A program made the position numbers and the translations under genes. This document shows, piece by piece, positions 34,168 to 55,367 of a DNA stretch of 64,000 nt. Every line of letters starts with the position of its first letter. Positions within the stretch are counted from its first letter, which is position 1. The notes beneath the pieces were generated by a model, which saw nothing but the letters and a program-made list of their open reading frames with translations, searched no databases and was not told where the DNA came from. Source of the stretch: Macrostomum lignano (Eukaryota); contig NIVC01000013.1 in assembly GCA_002269645.1 (NCBI GenBank), positions 310,001-374,000 of the forward strand, in the 5' to 3' direction.

Positions 34168-35085
34168 GTTGAAAGTCGAAGGCAAAAAAGCAGGTTAAAA
34201 AAATTATAGTTCTTATATAGCTGCTTGTTCAGAGGATTCTGGGCGGCCTGCTAATGCGGCTCTGGGTCAGTCCGCGGTATCGCAGCCGCGTGATGAGTCA
34301 TCAGGGTGTGCAGGGAGCCGTTGGGTGCCAGGCGTCTCCGTCTCCCTTTTTCGTTGCCAAAATGTCTTTCCCGAATTCGTCTCTGGATGCCCGGTCGAAG
34401 CGCTCGAAATGGGAGCAGGAAAGCAAGAGAGAGAGGGGAACGTGACTTCTAGGATTTCTGTCTGGGACCAGTCAGCCGACGAATTCCATATTTGGCGTTG
34501 CGTTCCAACGGTGGCGCGCGTTGCGATGACGAAGCCGCTTTCAGAACCAGCGTTGTTGGAAAAGAAAACTTTTTTAGCCAACTTGCTCTTTATCTACGAG
34601 CTATATGCTGGACAATTTTTTTGAGGTGGGGAATCCTGTGGTCTTGAGATTTTTATTATGCAGCTGTTGGCTGCTGGCGTATGAGGATCGCTGCAGAATT
34701 GTAAATGGGCCCGCGGTGATTTTGCAACTGTGCTTATCCCTTTGAGCTTACATCACGTGAGCGGAGAAGGATATACGATAAGAAAGTGCGCGTAAATAAA
34801 CAACTGAGAAAGTGTCTTTAAAAAAGAATGATAAATAATTAACCCATGCTCGTATTCCCGCAGTAGACATGCATGTATTGATACGGGCTAGAATGCGTTG
34901 ACTGGGCCTGATATGCATAGTGTGAGCTACGCAAAAAGGCATTTCCGTTTTGGCGTTTGGGTATAGTACTACATGCTGGATAGACATTGCTCGTATGGGT
35001 TAATTGCGTTTTTTTAGTCAAATTAGACTTAGCTTAAAATAGAATGGATTGCTGATGACATTTGATCATTGAGACTGACCATTGT

Positions 35086-35425
35086 CGACTCATTCTCTAC
35101 TCATTCTCGACTCATTCTCGACTCATTCTCGACTCATTCTCGACTCATTCCTGACTCATTCTCGATTCATTCTCGACTCATTCTCGACTCATTCTCGACT
35201 CATTCTCGACTCATTCTCGACTCATTCTCGACTCATTCTCGACTCATTCGCGACTCATTCTCGACTCATTCTCGGCTCATTCTCGACTCATTCTCGACTC
35301 ATTCTCGACTCATTCTCGACTCATTCTCGACTCATTCTCGACTCATTCTCGACTCATCCTGGACTCATTCTCGACTCATTCTCGACTCATTCTCGACTCA
35401 TTCTCGACTCATTCTCGACTCATTC
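35086..35425. repeat. 11-bp minisatellite ACTCATTCTCG
   Basis: About 30 tandem copies. Confidence 0.96.
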
Positions 35426-36035
35426 TCAAGTTAGTAATTCTGTAGCTGTGGTCCTTCTAAATCGACTCATTCAAAGAGATGTTAGAATTATTTGAAATTT
35501 TAAGAATGTTCGCAATGAAGTTTAAATTTAATCAGTTTTATTAATTCATCAAAAAAGAATACGATAATTTTTAGAATGGCAGAGCACAGTTGTCGCGCAC
35601 TACGACAAAATGTTCATTTACAGCTTTAGTTAGTCGAATAAAAACTATTAAATCGGGGCAGTTTAGTTGAACAATTACTGACAGCTAGTTCATGTTGTAC
35701 AGAATTTTGCTTTACATTAATATGCTATGTTTATGTACACGTATCAGGTTCAGGGCTAGAGATTATTGTTTTATAATAGTCGCAAAGTTGTTAACAGAGG
35801 GTCATTGGGGTGAAGACGGTGACAGCTGCTGGTCTATTGCAAAGGACAGATCGTGTAGATAAATGAATGAATTATGGACATTATAAACTAGCAAGTCAGA
35901 GTCTTCTGGAGTTTCGAGCTCTTGAAGCAGGATTCGCTATGTACAAATAAACAGAACTTATGCAGGGCAGATTCGTACAAAAACTCGGGATTTCATGAAA
36001 AGTAATTTTCGAATTTTAAATCAAGTCTGTCTAGG

Positions 36036-38789
36036 CTATACGTCCATCTCCTCGTAGACCTCCTGTTCCTCCTGTTTGGATGGCTGCAGCGCTGGGTTCC
36101 TCTCCGGCAGCGGCGGTGGAACGTCGTCAGCAGCGCCGGCCGGGTACTGGGCGAAGCCGGACCGGCTGCGCTGTAGCAGTGGGTGATCGCCAAGACCGAA
36201 CTCCTGGCTGCGAGCTCGGCCGCCGTAGCCGCCGCCGCCGCCGCCCCCGCCAGCAGCTGGGCCAGTGGCCAGCATGGAAGTCAGGGCGTCGGTGCTCTGA
36301 GCCGACCGCATCGCGCCTCTCGGATCGATTGGCAGGCTGGTGGAGAACGGATCGGAGGCTGACTGCCGCATAGCGGATTGGCTCATGCTGTGAATTCGCT
36401 GCATTTGGTTCAGTTGCATCTGTTGGATCTGGTTCACCTGCTGCATCTGCTGCAACTGCTGCTGCAGATTGGACGCAGATGCGTTCAAGCTCGGCCGCGA
36501 ACCATTCAGCGTGGTGCTGCCATTGCGTTTAGTGAATCGACGACTCTCGGGCTTTCTGGCGCTCTGAAATCGGGCGCCTCTGCTGTTGGGATCCTCGGTA
36601 TCCAGATAGGTGTAGGAGTTGTAATCGTCCATTCCAGCTGCGCCGGTCTTGACCTCGTCGCGTCTGGCGCGTCGTTGCAACAGGCAGCAGACTAGTAGTG
36701 CGATGAGGGCCAGCGCCACCACTGGGGCAATAACTGCTATTGAGATGTGCGCAGGCGACAGCTGTTGCTGCTCGGCTCGCGATGGCGTGTACACACGACA
36801 GTTAGTTGGACTTTCAACATCGCCTGACGTTGGTCCTTGAAGTATGACGCAAAACCGATGCGGTTGAAGAGTGTCTACGTGGAAGACTAACGAGTTGACA
36901 GAAATTAGCGCCTCTTGCACGCTATTTCTCAGCTGGTAGTCCGCCTCGGGGCCGTATCTGACGGTGTAGCGATCGAATCGGCTGGCGAGGCCGCTGGCAT
37001 TGATGGTCAGGCGCACAAGTAGCTCGTCACTTAGCTCCATGGCGAGCCGGATGTCCAGAGGGTAAGGAAAGGCCGTCGGCGTCGGTGCCGGAGTTGACGG
37101 CGGTTCGCACATCTTGCAGGAGGCTGGGATTGGAGCTCCGCTGGGACAAAAGTCGACGCCGGTTAAGTCAGACCAAGCTCGGCCACGCAAATTAAGAGGC
37201 TGGTTGCAGAGGACGCCGGTTAGAGCGTCGTTGCCGGCCTCCGCACGCATCCGGTTGAGCAGCCAGACCAGAGCGCAGTCACAGTGCCAAGGATTGCCAG
37301 CGAGTCCGATTTTGGACAAGCTGGTCAGGCCAGCCAGAGTGCAGTTGTCCAGGCTGGTCAAGCTGTTGTCCTGCAGCTGCACTATGGCGTTCGGCGCCAG
37401 GCCGTAGAGACTTGCTGAGTTAAGCTCCACGATTTTGTTGTTACGCAAACTCAGCAAATCGAGGCGCGACCAGGCAAATTGAAAGTCCGGCACGTTGGTA
37501 ATGACATTGTAGTCCAACAGAAGTCGCCGCAGCTGCTGATTACCAACTAGGCCTGGCCACACGGTGTCATCAAGGCCGCTGCGCATTCCTGCACCTTGGC
37601 CACTTAGAGTAAGATTTCGCAGAGCAGGTAATTTGGTCAGCACCTCTGACCAGCTAGCTGGTTGCGGATCCGTCACTGAGCGGACGAGGACCCGCGAAGC
37701 CGGAATAGTCAGGCTGAGTTCGGCTAGTCGGCCCAGTCGTTGAAATGCTGTCACCTCGATGAAATTGATCTGCACATCGTCCAGCTTCAGAGAGTAGAGT
37801 CGGGACCGCTCGTGAAAGTCGCCAACCCGGATGTTGGACACGAGCGTTTTGCGAGCCTCCAATAGTTCTAGCGACTCTAGCTGGCCTAGATTGTTGGGCA
37901 TCTGGTTCATCGGGTTGCTGTTCAGGAACAGGCGTTGCAAAGCGCTCATCGAGCCCAGGCCAGGAAGACCATCGGCGCCAAGCTTATTACCGTTTAGGTC
38001 AAGCACTTTCAGGGTTTTAGCGGCACTGGCAAAGCTTCGAAGGTCTAATAGAGTTAGTTGATTATTCGCAAAGTTCATGAGAGTCAGCCGACTGAAGCTT
38101 GAATTGGGGTTCACTATTGTTGTGAGGCCGCAATTAGTCATAGTGAGGTTTTCCACTGTGCCAATCTGGCGTAGCAAGCTAGTCATGTAGGTCGATGCGA
38201 GATTCTTGCACAATTCGAGAACTCTAAGGCTGGATAGACTAGTAAATGCGCTGCTTTCGATGCTGACAATGTCGGCATTGATGAGACGCACGATTGATAG
38301 CTTAGTGCCCGAAGCGAAGTCATTTGGCAAGTGGCCAAGTTTCACGTTTTCCAGATGCAGGAATGTCAAGCTGGACAAAGTACTCAAAAGTTGTTCCGCC
38401 TTAGCCGCAGTTGGCTGCATAGCGGAGGCCACAACCATGAGCTCAGTGAGGAGGTGCAGATTTCGAAACGCTTGCCCGCTCAAATTAGCAATTGGAACTG
38501 TAGTTCGAATGCTCAAAAAAGTGAGCGAGTCGGTCAGGTTGGCGAAACTGTCGGGGCCGATGTAAGCGATCGGACACGAGTCCATGTAGAATATCTTCGC
38601 TTTCAGACTGGCGTCGACGGTGGGCACTTCAGTGACTTCGCTACCTGAGCAGGTGATCATGCGAACCTGTTGTGGGAGCTGCTCCAATCGACAGTAGCGC
38701 GAGCTTTCTGTTGTGACATGGATCGCGCTGTGCTGCGCCGGAAGCAGCAACAGCAATAGCAGAAGCGGCCCTGGCAATGATGAAGGCAT
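36036..38789 (-). CDS. Intronless extracellular LRR + FN3-like type I transmembrane protein (FLRT/ELFN-like architecture), 917 aa
   Basis: Signal peptide MPSSLPGPLLLLLLLLPAQHSA; LRRNT; many LxxLxLxxN repeats; LRRCT NPWHCDCALVWL...C; FN3-like segment; TM IAVIAPVVALALIALLVCCLL; Q-rich tail ending YEEMDV. Confidence 0.88.
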   Translation of the reverse strand: MPSSLPGPLLLLLLLLPAQHSAIHVTTESSRYCRLEQLPQQVRMITCSGSEVTEVPTVDASLKAKIFYMDSCPIAYIGPDSFANLTDSLTFLSIRTTVPIANLSGQAFRNLHLLTELMVVASAMQPTAAKAEQLLSTLSSLTFLHLENVKLGHLPNDFASGTKLSIVRLINADIVSIESSAFTSLSSLRVLELCKNLASTYMTSLLRQIGTVENLTMTNCGLTTIVNPNSSFSRLTLMNFANNQLTLLDLRSFASAAKTLKVLDLNGNKLGADGLPGLGSMSALQRLFLNSNPMNQMPNNLGQLESLELLEARKTLVSNIRVGDFHERSRLYSLKLDDVQINFIEVTAFQRLGRLAELSLTIPASRVLVRSVTDPQPASWSEVLTKLPALRNLTLSGQGAGMRSGLDDTVWPGLVGNQQLRRLLLDYNVITNVPDFQFAWSRLDLLSLRNNKIVELNSASLYGLAPNAIVQLQDNSLTSLDNCTLAGLTSLSKIGLAGNPWHCDCALVWLLNRMRAEAGNDALTGVLCNQPLNLRGRAWSDLTGVDFCPSGAPIPASCKMCEPPSTPAPTPTAFPYPLDIRLAMELSDELLVRLTINASGLASRFDRYTVRYGPEADYQLRNSVQEALISVNSLVFHVDTLQPHRFCVILQGPTSGDVESPTNCRVYTPSRAEQQQLSPAHISIAVIAPVVALALIALLVCCLLQRRARRDEVKTGAAGMDDYNSYTYLDTEDPNSRGARFQSARKPESRRFTKRNGSTTLNGSRPSLNASASNLQQQLQQMQQVNQIQQMQLNQMQRIHSMSQSAMRQSASDPFSTSLPIDPRGAMRSAQSTDALTSMLATGPAAGGGGGGGGYGGRARSQEFGLGDHPLLQRSRSGFAQYPAGAADDVPPPLPERNPALQPSKQEEQEVYEEMDV

Positions 38790-39919
38790 ATTGCTGTTGC
38801 AGCACCGAAGGCTACGAGAGAGACATGGAACGATTCGGAAAAATGTCTGTTCACTTTCGCACTCTCCGCTTTCTCGTCTTCTTTTCAAGCCAGGCCATTT
38901 CTATAGCCTCTCTCCCTCTCTTTTTCTAACCAGCCTATTGTGCTGCAACAGCGCCCCTCACCTTCTGAACAGCTGGAGTCCCCCAGTCGGATGGAGGGGT
39001 GGCGCATTAGCTTTGGTAGCTACTCTCGAATAATCGAAATGCACGCAGCGCGCATAACGCACTGAGGCTGAAACAACGTGTGTGCGTGTGCTTTGGCGGT
39101 AGGGTTTCGCTTCGACTGTCTGCCACCCCCAACCCCCAGTGAACAGTTGAGGACTGGGGGTTGGCTGGAGGGGCTGGAAGGGGTAAGTAATTAGGGGTCT
39201 GCACAGGGAGTGACGCATGCGCAAGCACCATGTCGAATAGCAGTTTAGTTTAAGCGAGAGACGATCTGATAAAAAATATGAATAGAACACTGTGTCCACA
39301 CTGGACTGTCCCCGTGGTGAATGCTGAATGCACGATGAATTTTCGAGACTTTGTTATCCATGCAGAAGACTGAGTTGTTCGGCTGCTGAAATTCAAATCG
39401 CACTGTATAATCTGTACGCAGCTTCAGCCACCCATTGTTGCTTAATCATTACATTCTTTGAGTCGGCTTTGAAATCTATTTTTAGCCGTTTTTATTTAAC
39501 TTAATTCAGCTTGTAGCATGTGCGTAAAACGCGAATAGTCAAAAATGGTCAATTATGGAAGGCAGCGCGGAAAATGCTCTCCTCACTGCTCTCGAGTCGA
39601 AGTCTAATTTTTTTCTATAGTAATTGTGAGACATTCTGCGCTAGTTTTGTCTTCACCGAAATGTGCTGTGCACTGAGCCGGTGCAAAGAGAAATTGCCTA
39701 GTTAAGTGTTTCCCAATCTTTGTATATAAACATGTTAATTATATTTTTGGGTACAGCGGTATTACGCTCGTTCAACGCACAGTATAGCTAAGCTTACAGT
39801 AGTTTTAGTAGCAAATCTTCCTAATGTGAATTTTTTAGCGGAAAAAATAACAAGTACGTTCCATGAACAACTGAGTAGTAGAAGCTAGTATGAGTATACA
39901 GTACTGTAGTAGTATTAGT

Positions 39920-41328
39920 AGAATGAGGCGCTGACATTGGTGTGAATGATGCGCTGACATTGGTGTGAATGAGGCGCTGACATTGGTGTGAATGAGGCGC
40001 TTACATTGGTGTGAATGAGGCGCTGATATTGGTGTGAATGAGGCGCTGATATTGGTGTGAATGAGGCGCTGATATTGGTGTGAATGATGCGCTTACATTG
40101 GTGTGAATGAGGCGCTGATATTGGTGTGAATGAGGCGCTGATATTGTGGTGAATGAGGCGCTGACATTGGTGTGAATGAGGCGCTGACATTGGTGTGAAT
40201 GAGGCGCTGACATTGGTGTGAATGAGGCGCTGATATTGGTGTGAATGAGGCGCTGATATTGGTGTGAATGAGGCGCTGATATTGGTGTGAATGAGGCGCT
40301 GATATTGGTGTGAATGAGGCGCTGACATTGGTGTGAATGAGGCGCTGATATTGGTGTGAATGAGGCGCTGATATTGGTGTGAATGAGGCGCTGACATTGG
40401 TGTGAATGAGTCGCTGACATTGGTGTGAATGATGCGCTGACATTGGTGTGAATGATGCGCTGACATTGGTGTGAATGATGCGCTGACATTGGTGTGAATG
40501 AGGCGCTGACATTGGTGTGAATGAGGCGCTGATATTGGTGTGAATGAGTCGCTGATATTGGTGTGAATGATGCGCTGACATTGGTGTGAATGAGGTGCTG
40601 ATATTGGTGTGAATGAGGCGCTTACATTGGTGTGAATGAGGCGCTGACATTGGCATGAATGAGGCGCTGACATTGGTGTGAATGAGGCGCTTACATTGGT
40701 GTGAATGAGGCGCTGATATTGGTGTGAATGAGGCGCTGACATTGGAATGAATGAGGCGCTGACATTGGCATGAATGAGGCGCTGACATTGGCATGAATGA
40801 GGCGCTGACATTGGTGTGAATGAGGCGCTGACATTGGAATGAATGAGGCGCTGACATTGGCATGAATGAGGCGCTGATATTGGTGTGAATGAGGCGCTGA
40901 CATTGGCATGAATGAGGCGCTGATATTGGTGTGAATGAGGCGCTTACATTGGTGTGAATGATGCGCTGACATTGGTGTGAATGAGGCGCTTACATTGGTG
41001 TGAATGATGCGCTGACATTGGTGTGAATGATGCGCTGACATTGGTGTGAATGAGGCGCTTACATTGGCATGAATGAGGCGCTGACATTGGCATGAATGAG
41101 GCGCTGACATTGGTGTGAATGAGGCGCTTACATTGGTGTGAATGATGCGCTGACATTGGTGTGAATGATGCGCTGACATTGGTGTGAATGAGGCGCTTAC
41201 ATTGGCATGAATGAGGCGCTGACATTGGCATGAATGAGGCGCTTACATTGGTGTGAATGAGGCGCTGATATTGGTGTGAATGAGGCGCTTACATTGGTGT
41301 GAATGAGGCGCTTACATTGGTGTGAATG
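39920..41328. repeat. 23-bp minisatellite GTGAATGAGGCGCTGACATTGGT
   Basis: About 60 tandem copies between the LRR gene and YAP. Confidence 0.97.
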
Positions 41329-42552
41329 AGTAGCTGAAACAGTCTGAATAAAAAAGTTATTCATAGTTTCGATCGCTACAATAATGCTGTAATGACACGC
41401 ATTTAGGTGGCAATACCTACTACAGTGTATAAGCCGTTAAGTTAATTACCTACATGTACATATAGTATATTTGGATCTTTTATCCTTTATTTTATTAAAA
41501 TTTATCAGGTAAGGAATAAAAAATCATTATTACAGTTCTGATCATCCTAATAAAAATCTTCAGAAAATGTACAATTTTCTTGTATTTTGTTTTCCATGCA
41601 TAAAAAATTATTTGCTCAATTTTGTCATAACATTATATATATAGGTACTGTTAGGTACTGTTCCCCTCCCTGCACCTCACCAGTTCCCATCTGCATATAT
41701 TTAACAGATATATATATATATATTTCTGTTAAATATCTATGAACTCTCACCTTTATTATTACCAGCAATAACAAAAATTAAGATAGCTTTAGTCGGAACT
41801 CTAAAACAAAAATTTAAATAAAGCTGCATATTTAATATGCATCAGCTGGCTCCTCCCAGCAAATAATTGCTGGACGAAAGTTAAACAGAGAGCTGAAGCT
41901 ATATAAGGTAAGTAACTTAGGCAGAAATTAAGCCAAATAAAATTATTGCACTAAAAATGAGTTTCATGATAATTTAATTTTTCAGATTCAACTATATTTT
42001 TTAAGACGAAAATTCTCGTGAGATGGGATCATACTTCATTTTGATATGATATGTAGCACAAAATTAAAAGATAAAACAAATTAATTCTGATTTCACCAGC
42101 ACTTCAACAATTTATATATACCAAAATGAATAACAAATAAAAAATCTTTAAAATTTTCTTTTTTTAAAATCAAAGGAAAATCCAGATGAAATATACGACA
42201 ACAGAGTAGTATTTAGGTTTTTTTCTAGAGGTAGAGGATATAAATTATAAACCTTGCTTTCATTTCATCGTCTAATGTGAAGTAAAAAGCAACAGTTTTA
42301 ACAGACTTTACATTATCGTGGTTACAATTTAAAAATATAACAACGCGTTCTTAAAATACGTTTTTTGAATGAGAATATACAAATGTAGTTATTATGTTAG
42401 GAAAAAAATTATATATATATTTAAAATGTAATCATGCTATTTATCTGTTTTAATCATCTCGCTACTTTGTTTTACTGTAAAAATGTTTGTATTGTTATTT
42501 AAATGCTAATTTTCGCGACAAAATTCAGACCTCCCTCTTTCGACGAAGCACA

Positions 42553-51063
<8,511 letters not shown>

Positions 51064-51799
51064 ATTGCTTCGAGAAAGGACTTCTTAAACGGGCCCTTTT
51101 TTCTTATACAAAAAAAGCGCACAGAGTTCGCCTTTCGATGTTACGTGCTGCTATTGTGTGCTTTTCGCGCTTTACTACTGTGTCGCTATCTTTCTTTTTA
51201 CCACAGTTTCATGCAGAAGTTCGTTTTTCGACTTTTTTCCCTAACGCATAGCATCCGTGTTCTGCTATCGATTGGGTCCAAAATCTATTTTTAAAAAGCA
51301 TATCTGTGCTCTGCGCCCGTCTGCTACATTACGTAATCTCTCTCGTGTTTGTTTTAATTGTACAAGATTTCAATTAATACAGAATTGTGATTTAATTCAA
51401 TTGTGATTTTTTGTCAAGTATTAATATCTGTTTTATTAATTTTTTTCTGCCTTAAATGTCGAGATTTTTTCAGGAGCCCAGGCTTCTCTGTTTCGTATTA
51501 ACTATGCTCATTTAGCTTTCTAAGGTTTTTCCGCTGTGGGCTCCTTGGGGACCATATTTTACTGCTGTTTAAATTTGTTATGACACACTGCCGCGCCTCC
51601 TGATTATGCTTGCTTTGTATTATTATTTTCTAAATATGTTGGCCTTACTCATTTGCGTGCTATTGAGTGTCTTGTCTTGCTCTGCTTTTTCCTTCGTAAT
51701 TTGTAGCCATTTTTTTCGAGTACCTGTTAAATTTTGATTGCTGTTTTCTTCTTACGCTTTGGCGTTTGGCTCTGACTTTTAGCTGGGTCATATGCATCA

Positions 51800-52440
51800 G
51801 TAGGTCAATCCCTAAAACTGTCAGTAGGTCAGTCCCTATAACTGTCAGTATGCAAGACCTAAAACTGTCAGTAGGTCAGTCCTAAGCCTATCAGTGGGTC
51901 AGTACTAAAACTATCAGTAGGTCAGTCCTAAAACTGTCATCAGTAGGTCAGTCCTAAAACTGTCAGGTCAGTCCTAAAACTGTCATCAGTAGGTCAGTCC
52001 TAAAACTGTCAGGTCAGTCCTAAAACTGTCATCAGTAGGTCAGTCCTAAAACTGTCAGGTCAGTCCTAAAACTGTCATCAGTAGGTCAGTCCGTAAACTG
52101 TCAGGTCAGTCCGAAAACTGTCAGGTCAGTCCTAAACCTATCAGTGGGTCAGTCCCTATAACTGTCAGGTCAGTCCTAAAACTGTCAGCAGTAGGTCAGT
52201 CCAAAAACTGTCAGGTCAGTCCTAAAACTGTCATCAGTAGGTCAGTCCTAAAACTGTCAGGTCAGTCCTAAAACTGTCATCAGTAGGTCAGTCCGTAAAC
52301 TGTCAGGTCAGTCCGAAAACTGTCAGGTCAGTCCTAAACCTATCAGTGGGTCAGTCCCTATAACTGTCAGGTCAGTCCTAAAACTGTCAGCAGTAGGTCA
52401 GTCCTAAAACTGTCAGTAGGTCAGTCCCTAAAACTGTCAG
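51800..52440. repeat. 20-26-bp minisatellite (TCAGTA)GGTCAGTCCTAAAACTG
   Basis: Tandem variants. Confidence 0.93.
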
Positions 52441-53104
52441 CAAAGATGTCAGGCACTAACCTGCTGACCACTGGATGAATGTCAGAGAATATTGATAAAA
52501 CTTCAGTTTAGAAAGAGCAGAAAAGTTTTAACTGCCACAAGCCATGCTACTCCTATTATTCATTCAATTACCTTTTGTTACATAAAAATATTTATTATTA
52601 TGCTTATTGAACTTATTCATAATCATAGTTTTTGTGAAATTTATGAAATCATTGATCGAAGTCTGCAACTCAAACTGCTCTTGACCAGTTAAATTTATTA
52701 ATTAGGCTATGCACATGTTTTAACCAACTCATTTTTAATCTAATTTGTTATTTTCAATCAACAGCAACACTGTTTGTCTTCCACACGCGAGCTGACTGAA
52801 ACCTGTTTTGTCCTTTTTTTGTCTCTTACCGCTAAAATATAAGTGCCTTTATTCTAACATATATTTATGATCACATAAACTTGTGCATAGATTATTTATT
52901 GCATCGCAGTCGTGTGTGTTGTAAATCTTGATTAAATCTATCGATTATTTTTTTCCGCAATTACCGCATCCGCCATCACTGGTTTTGTTGGGCTCAGCGT
53001 GTTTTGCTAACAATGGATAGTTTGAAATTTTCCTTTTGAGTTTATTCGTTCCTGCTCTTGGCTGCATAATTTCTGCTTTTCTGCTTTCATTTGCAATTCC
53101 TTTC

Positions 53105-53732
53105 TCAGGGTGTCTCAGTACTTGAGGAGGGTGTCTCAATGGAGGGTGTCTCAGTAATTGAAGAGGTTGTCTCAGTACTTGAGGAGGGTGTCTCAATGGA
53201 GGGTGTCTCAGTAATTGAAGAGGTTGTCTCAGTACTTGAGGAGGGTGTCTCAGTAATTGATGAGGGTGTCTCAGTAATTGATGAGGGTGTCTCAGTAATT
53301 GAGGAGGGTGTCTCAGTAATTGAGGAGGGTGTCTCAGTAATTGAGGAGGGTGTCTCAGTAATTGAGGAGGGTGTCTCAGTAATTGAGGAGGGTGTCTCAG
53401 TAATTGAGGAGGGTGTCTCAGTAATTGATGAGGGTGTCTCAGTAATTGAGGAGGGTGTCTCAGTAATTGAGGAGGGTGTCTCAGTAATTGAGGAGGGTGT
53501 CTCAGTAATTGAGGAGGGTGTCTCAGTAATTGAGTAGGGTGTCTCAGTAATTGATGAGGGTGTCTCAGTAATTGATGAGGGTGTCTCAGTAATTGATGAG
53601 GGTGTCTCAGTAATTGATGAGGGTGTCTCAGTAATTGAGGAGGGTGTCTCAGTAATTGAGTAGGGTGTCTCAGTAATTGAGGAGGGTGTCTCAATAATTG
53701 AGGAGGGTGTCTCAGCACTTGAGGCGGGTGTC
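53105..53732. repeat. 21-bp minisatellite GAGGGTGTCTCAGTAATTGAG
   Basis: About 29 copies. Confidence 0.96.
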
Positions 53733-53867
53733 CTTCAATAATCTTGACCTTCATGACCGGGCAGCTGGTTGAATCATAAAATGTTATAATGTCATTGTTT
53801 ATGATCTGCAGTGTGCTGCAGCAAAGAATTTAAGTGCAAATCAATTGACGTCACGGCAGGTACGGCA

Positions 53868-53889
53868 GCCCTTTGTGGGCCATAGCTAG
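53868..53889 (+). mobile_element. Possible isolated Helitron 3' terminus
   Basis: GCCC-TTTGT-GGGC hairpin, 5 nt, then CTAG followed by T; no matching 5' end identified. Confidence 0.3.
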
Positions 53890-54434
53890 TATACAAACAG
53901 GAATGTGTCAAAACAGTGGTGGCAAAGAGCCGACGCTGCGCATTGGACTGCATGGGAAGTCCGCAGTGTTATAGGCCTGCACTATTATTCAACAGTTTGT
54001 GGCGACTGATTTTGGTCGCGTTTATTATATAGAGGCTTGAAATGTCATCCCACCGAACACCTGCTGGTTCTTGCCCGCTGCTTTGGTTTATGCCATTTAT
54101 TTTGATGGCCTGACAATGCCGCAGGGGGGCGGTACGCCGGTTTCCTAGAATCCAGGCCAATGTAAACACACGAATTCGGGAAGCCGCATTCAAGAAGAGA
54201 GATTTGATAAGAATCCTCATATTTCTGGTCAGCGGTTAATGTTGCTGGTTGGACCAGAAATGTGCCAATAAATTTGGGGAGTGGGACACGGCTACAGTAG
54301 GCTGAGATTGGAGAATTCGAAATTATTAGGTCGTCGTTTGGCAACAATAGAGAAAAAAGACTCGCAATATAGAGTCCGTAGAAATCATAGCAGATGTCTA
54401 AAGTACATCATTGTTGAGGCTGAGTTCAACTGCT

Positions 54435-54990
54435 GACAGAGGGGGCGACAGCTACAGAGAGGGCGACAGCTACAGAGAGGGCGACAGCTACAGAGAGGGC
54501 GACAGCTACAGAGGGGGCGCCAGCTACAGAGGGGGCGCCAGCTGCAGAAAGGGGGCGCCAGATACAAAGGGGGCGCCAGCTACAGTGGGGGCGCCAGCTA
54601 CAGAGGGGCAGACTACAGAGGGGGCAGATTACAGAGGGGCAGACTACAGAGGGGGCAGATTACAGAGGGGCAGACTACAGAGGGGGCAGATTACAGAGGG
54701 GCAGACTACAGAGGGGGCAGATTACAGAGGGGCAGGCTACAGAGGGGCAGATTACAGAGGGGCAGGCTACAGTGGGGGCAGATTACAGAGGGGCAGGCTA
54801 CAGAGGGGGCAGATTACAGAGGGGCAGACTACAGAGGGGGCAGATTACAGAGGGGCAGACTACAGAGGGGGCAGATTACAGAGGGGCAGACTACAGAGGG
54901 GGCAGATTACAGAGGGGCAGACTACAGAGGGGGCAGATTACAGAGGGGGCAGATTACAGAGGGGGCAGATTACAGAGGGGCAGACTACAG
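54435..54990. repeat. 15/16-bp G-rich minisatellite GGGGCAGA(T/C)TACAGA preceded by an 18-bp variant
   Basis: Tandem copies. Confidence 0.94.
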
Positions 54991-55367
54991 AGGCCGCTGT
55001 GGCTGCTACTGGAAGCGGGCTGCAGTCGAGCTGCTTGTCAGTGAACGCATTGCAGAGCGCGCGGGACGAACCTCCTTAATGAAAAAATTCAAGTGTTCAA
55101 AACTTCTGTGTAGCGGTTTTCGCTCACGCAGTGACAGCAGGCTGTGGACAAGGTCTGCATTTTCCTGTAGACAGCAGATCAGGTCAAGGACGTTCGCCAT
55201 GGAATGATTAATTGTGCCACTTTAAGAGCTGAACCAAGCTGAACTGGCGGAAATGTCTCCATCAATCACTGAGAGCGGAGGCTCGGATTCCATCATTGGT
55301 ACGTTCGTGATGGATGCTTAGGGGCCGTCATCTTGATTGATCTATTTGAAGAATATGGCTAGCTTCG

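Noticed and set aside
38790-38888. Longer N-terminus for the LRR protein (and 42487-42552 for YAP)
   Set aside because: ORF-track starts are upstream near-cognate codons; the signal peptide begins at ATG 38789, and YAP has an acceptor at 42528 before ATG 42553
41825-41873. Two adjacent short palindromes upstream of YAP
   Set aside because: 7-8-bp stems in AT-rich DNA with no other support
54045-54347. Possible Penelope GIY-YIG remnant (YQI...C...CVYIG)
   Set aside because: Motif spacing is ambiguous and there is no RT nearby; needs an HMM search
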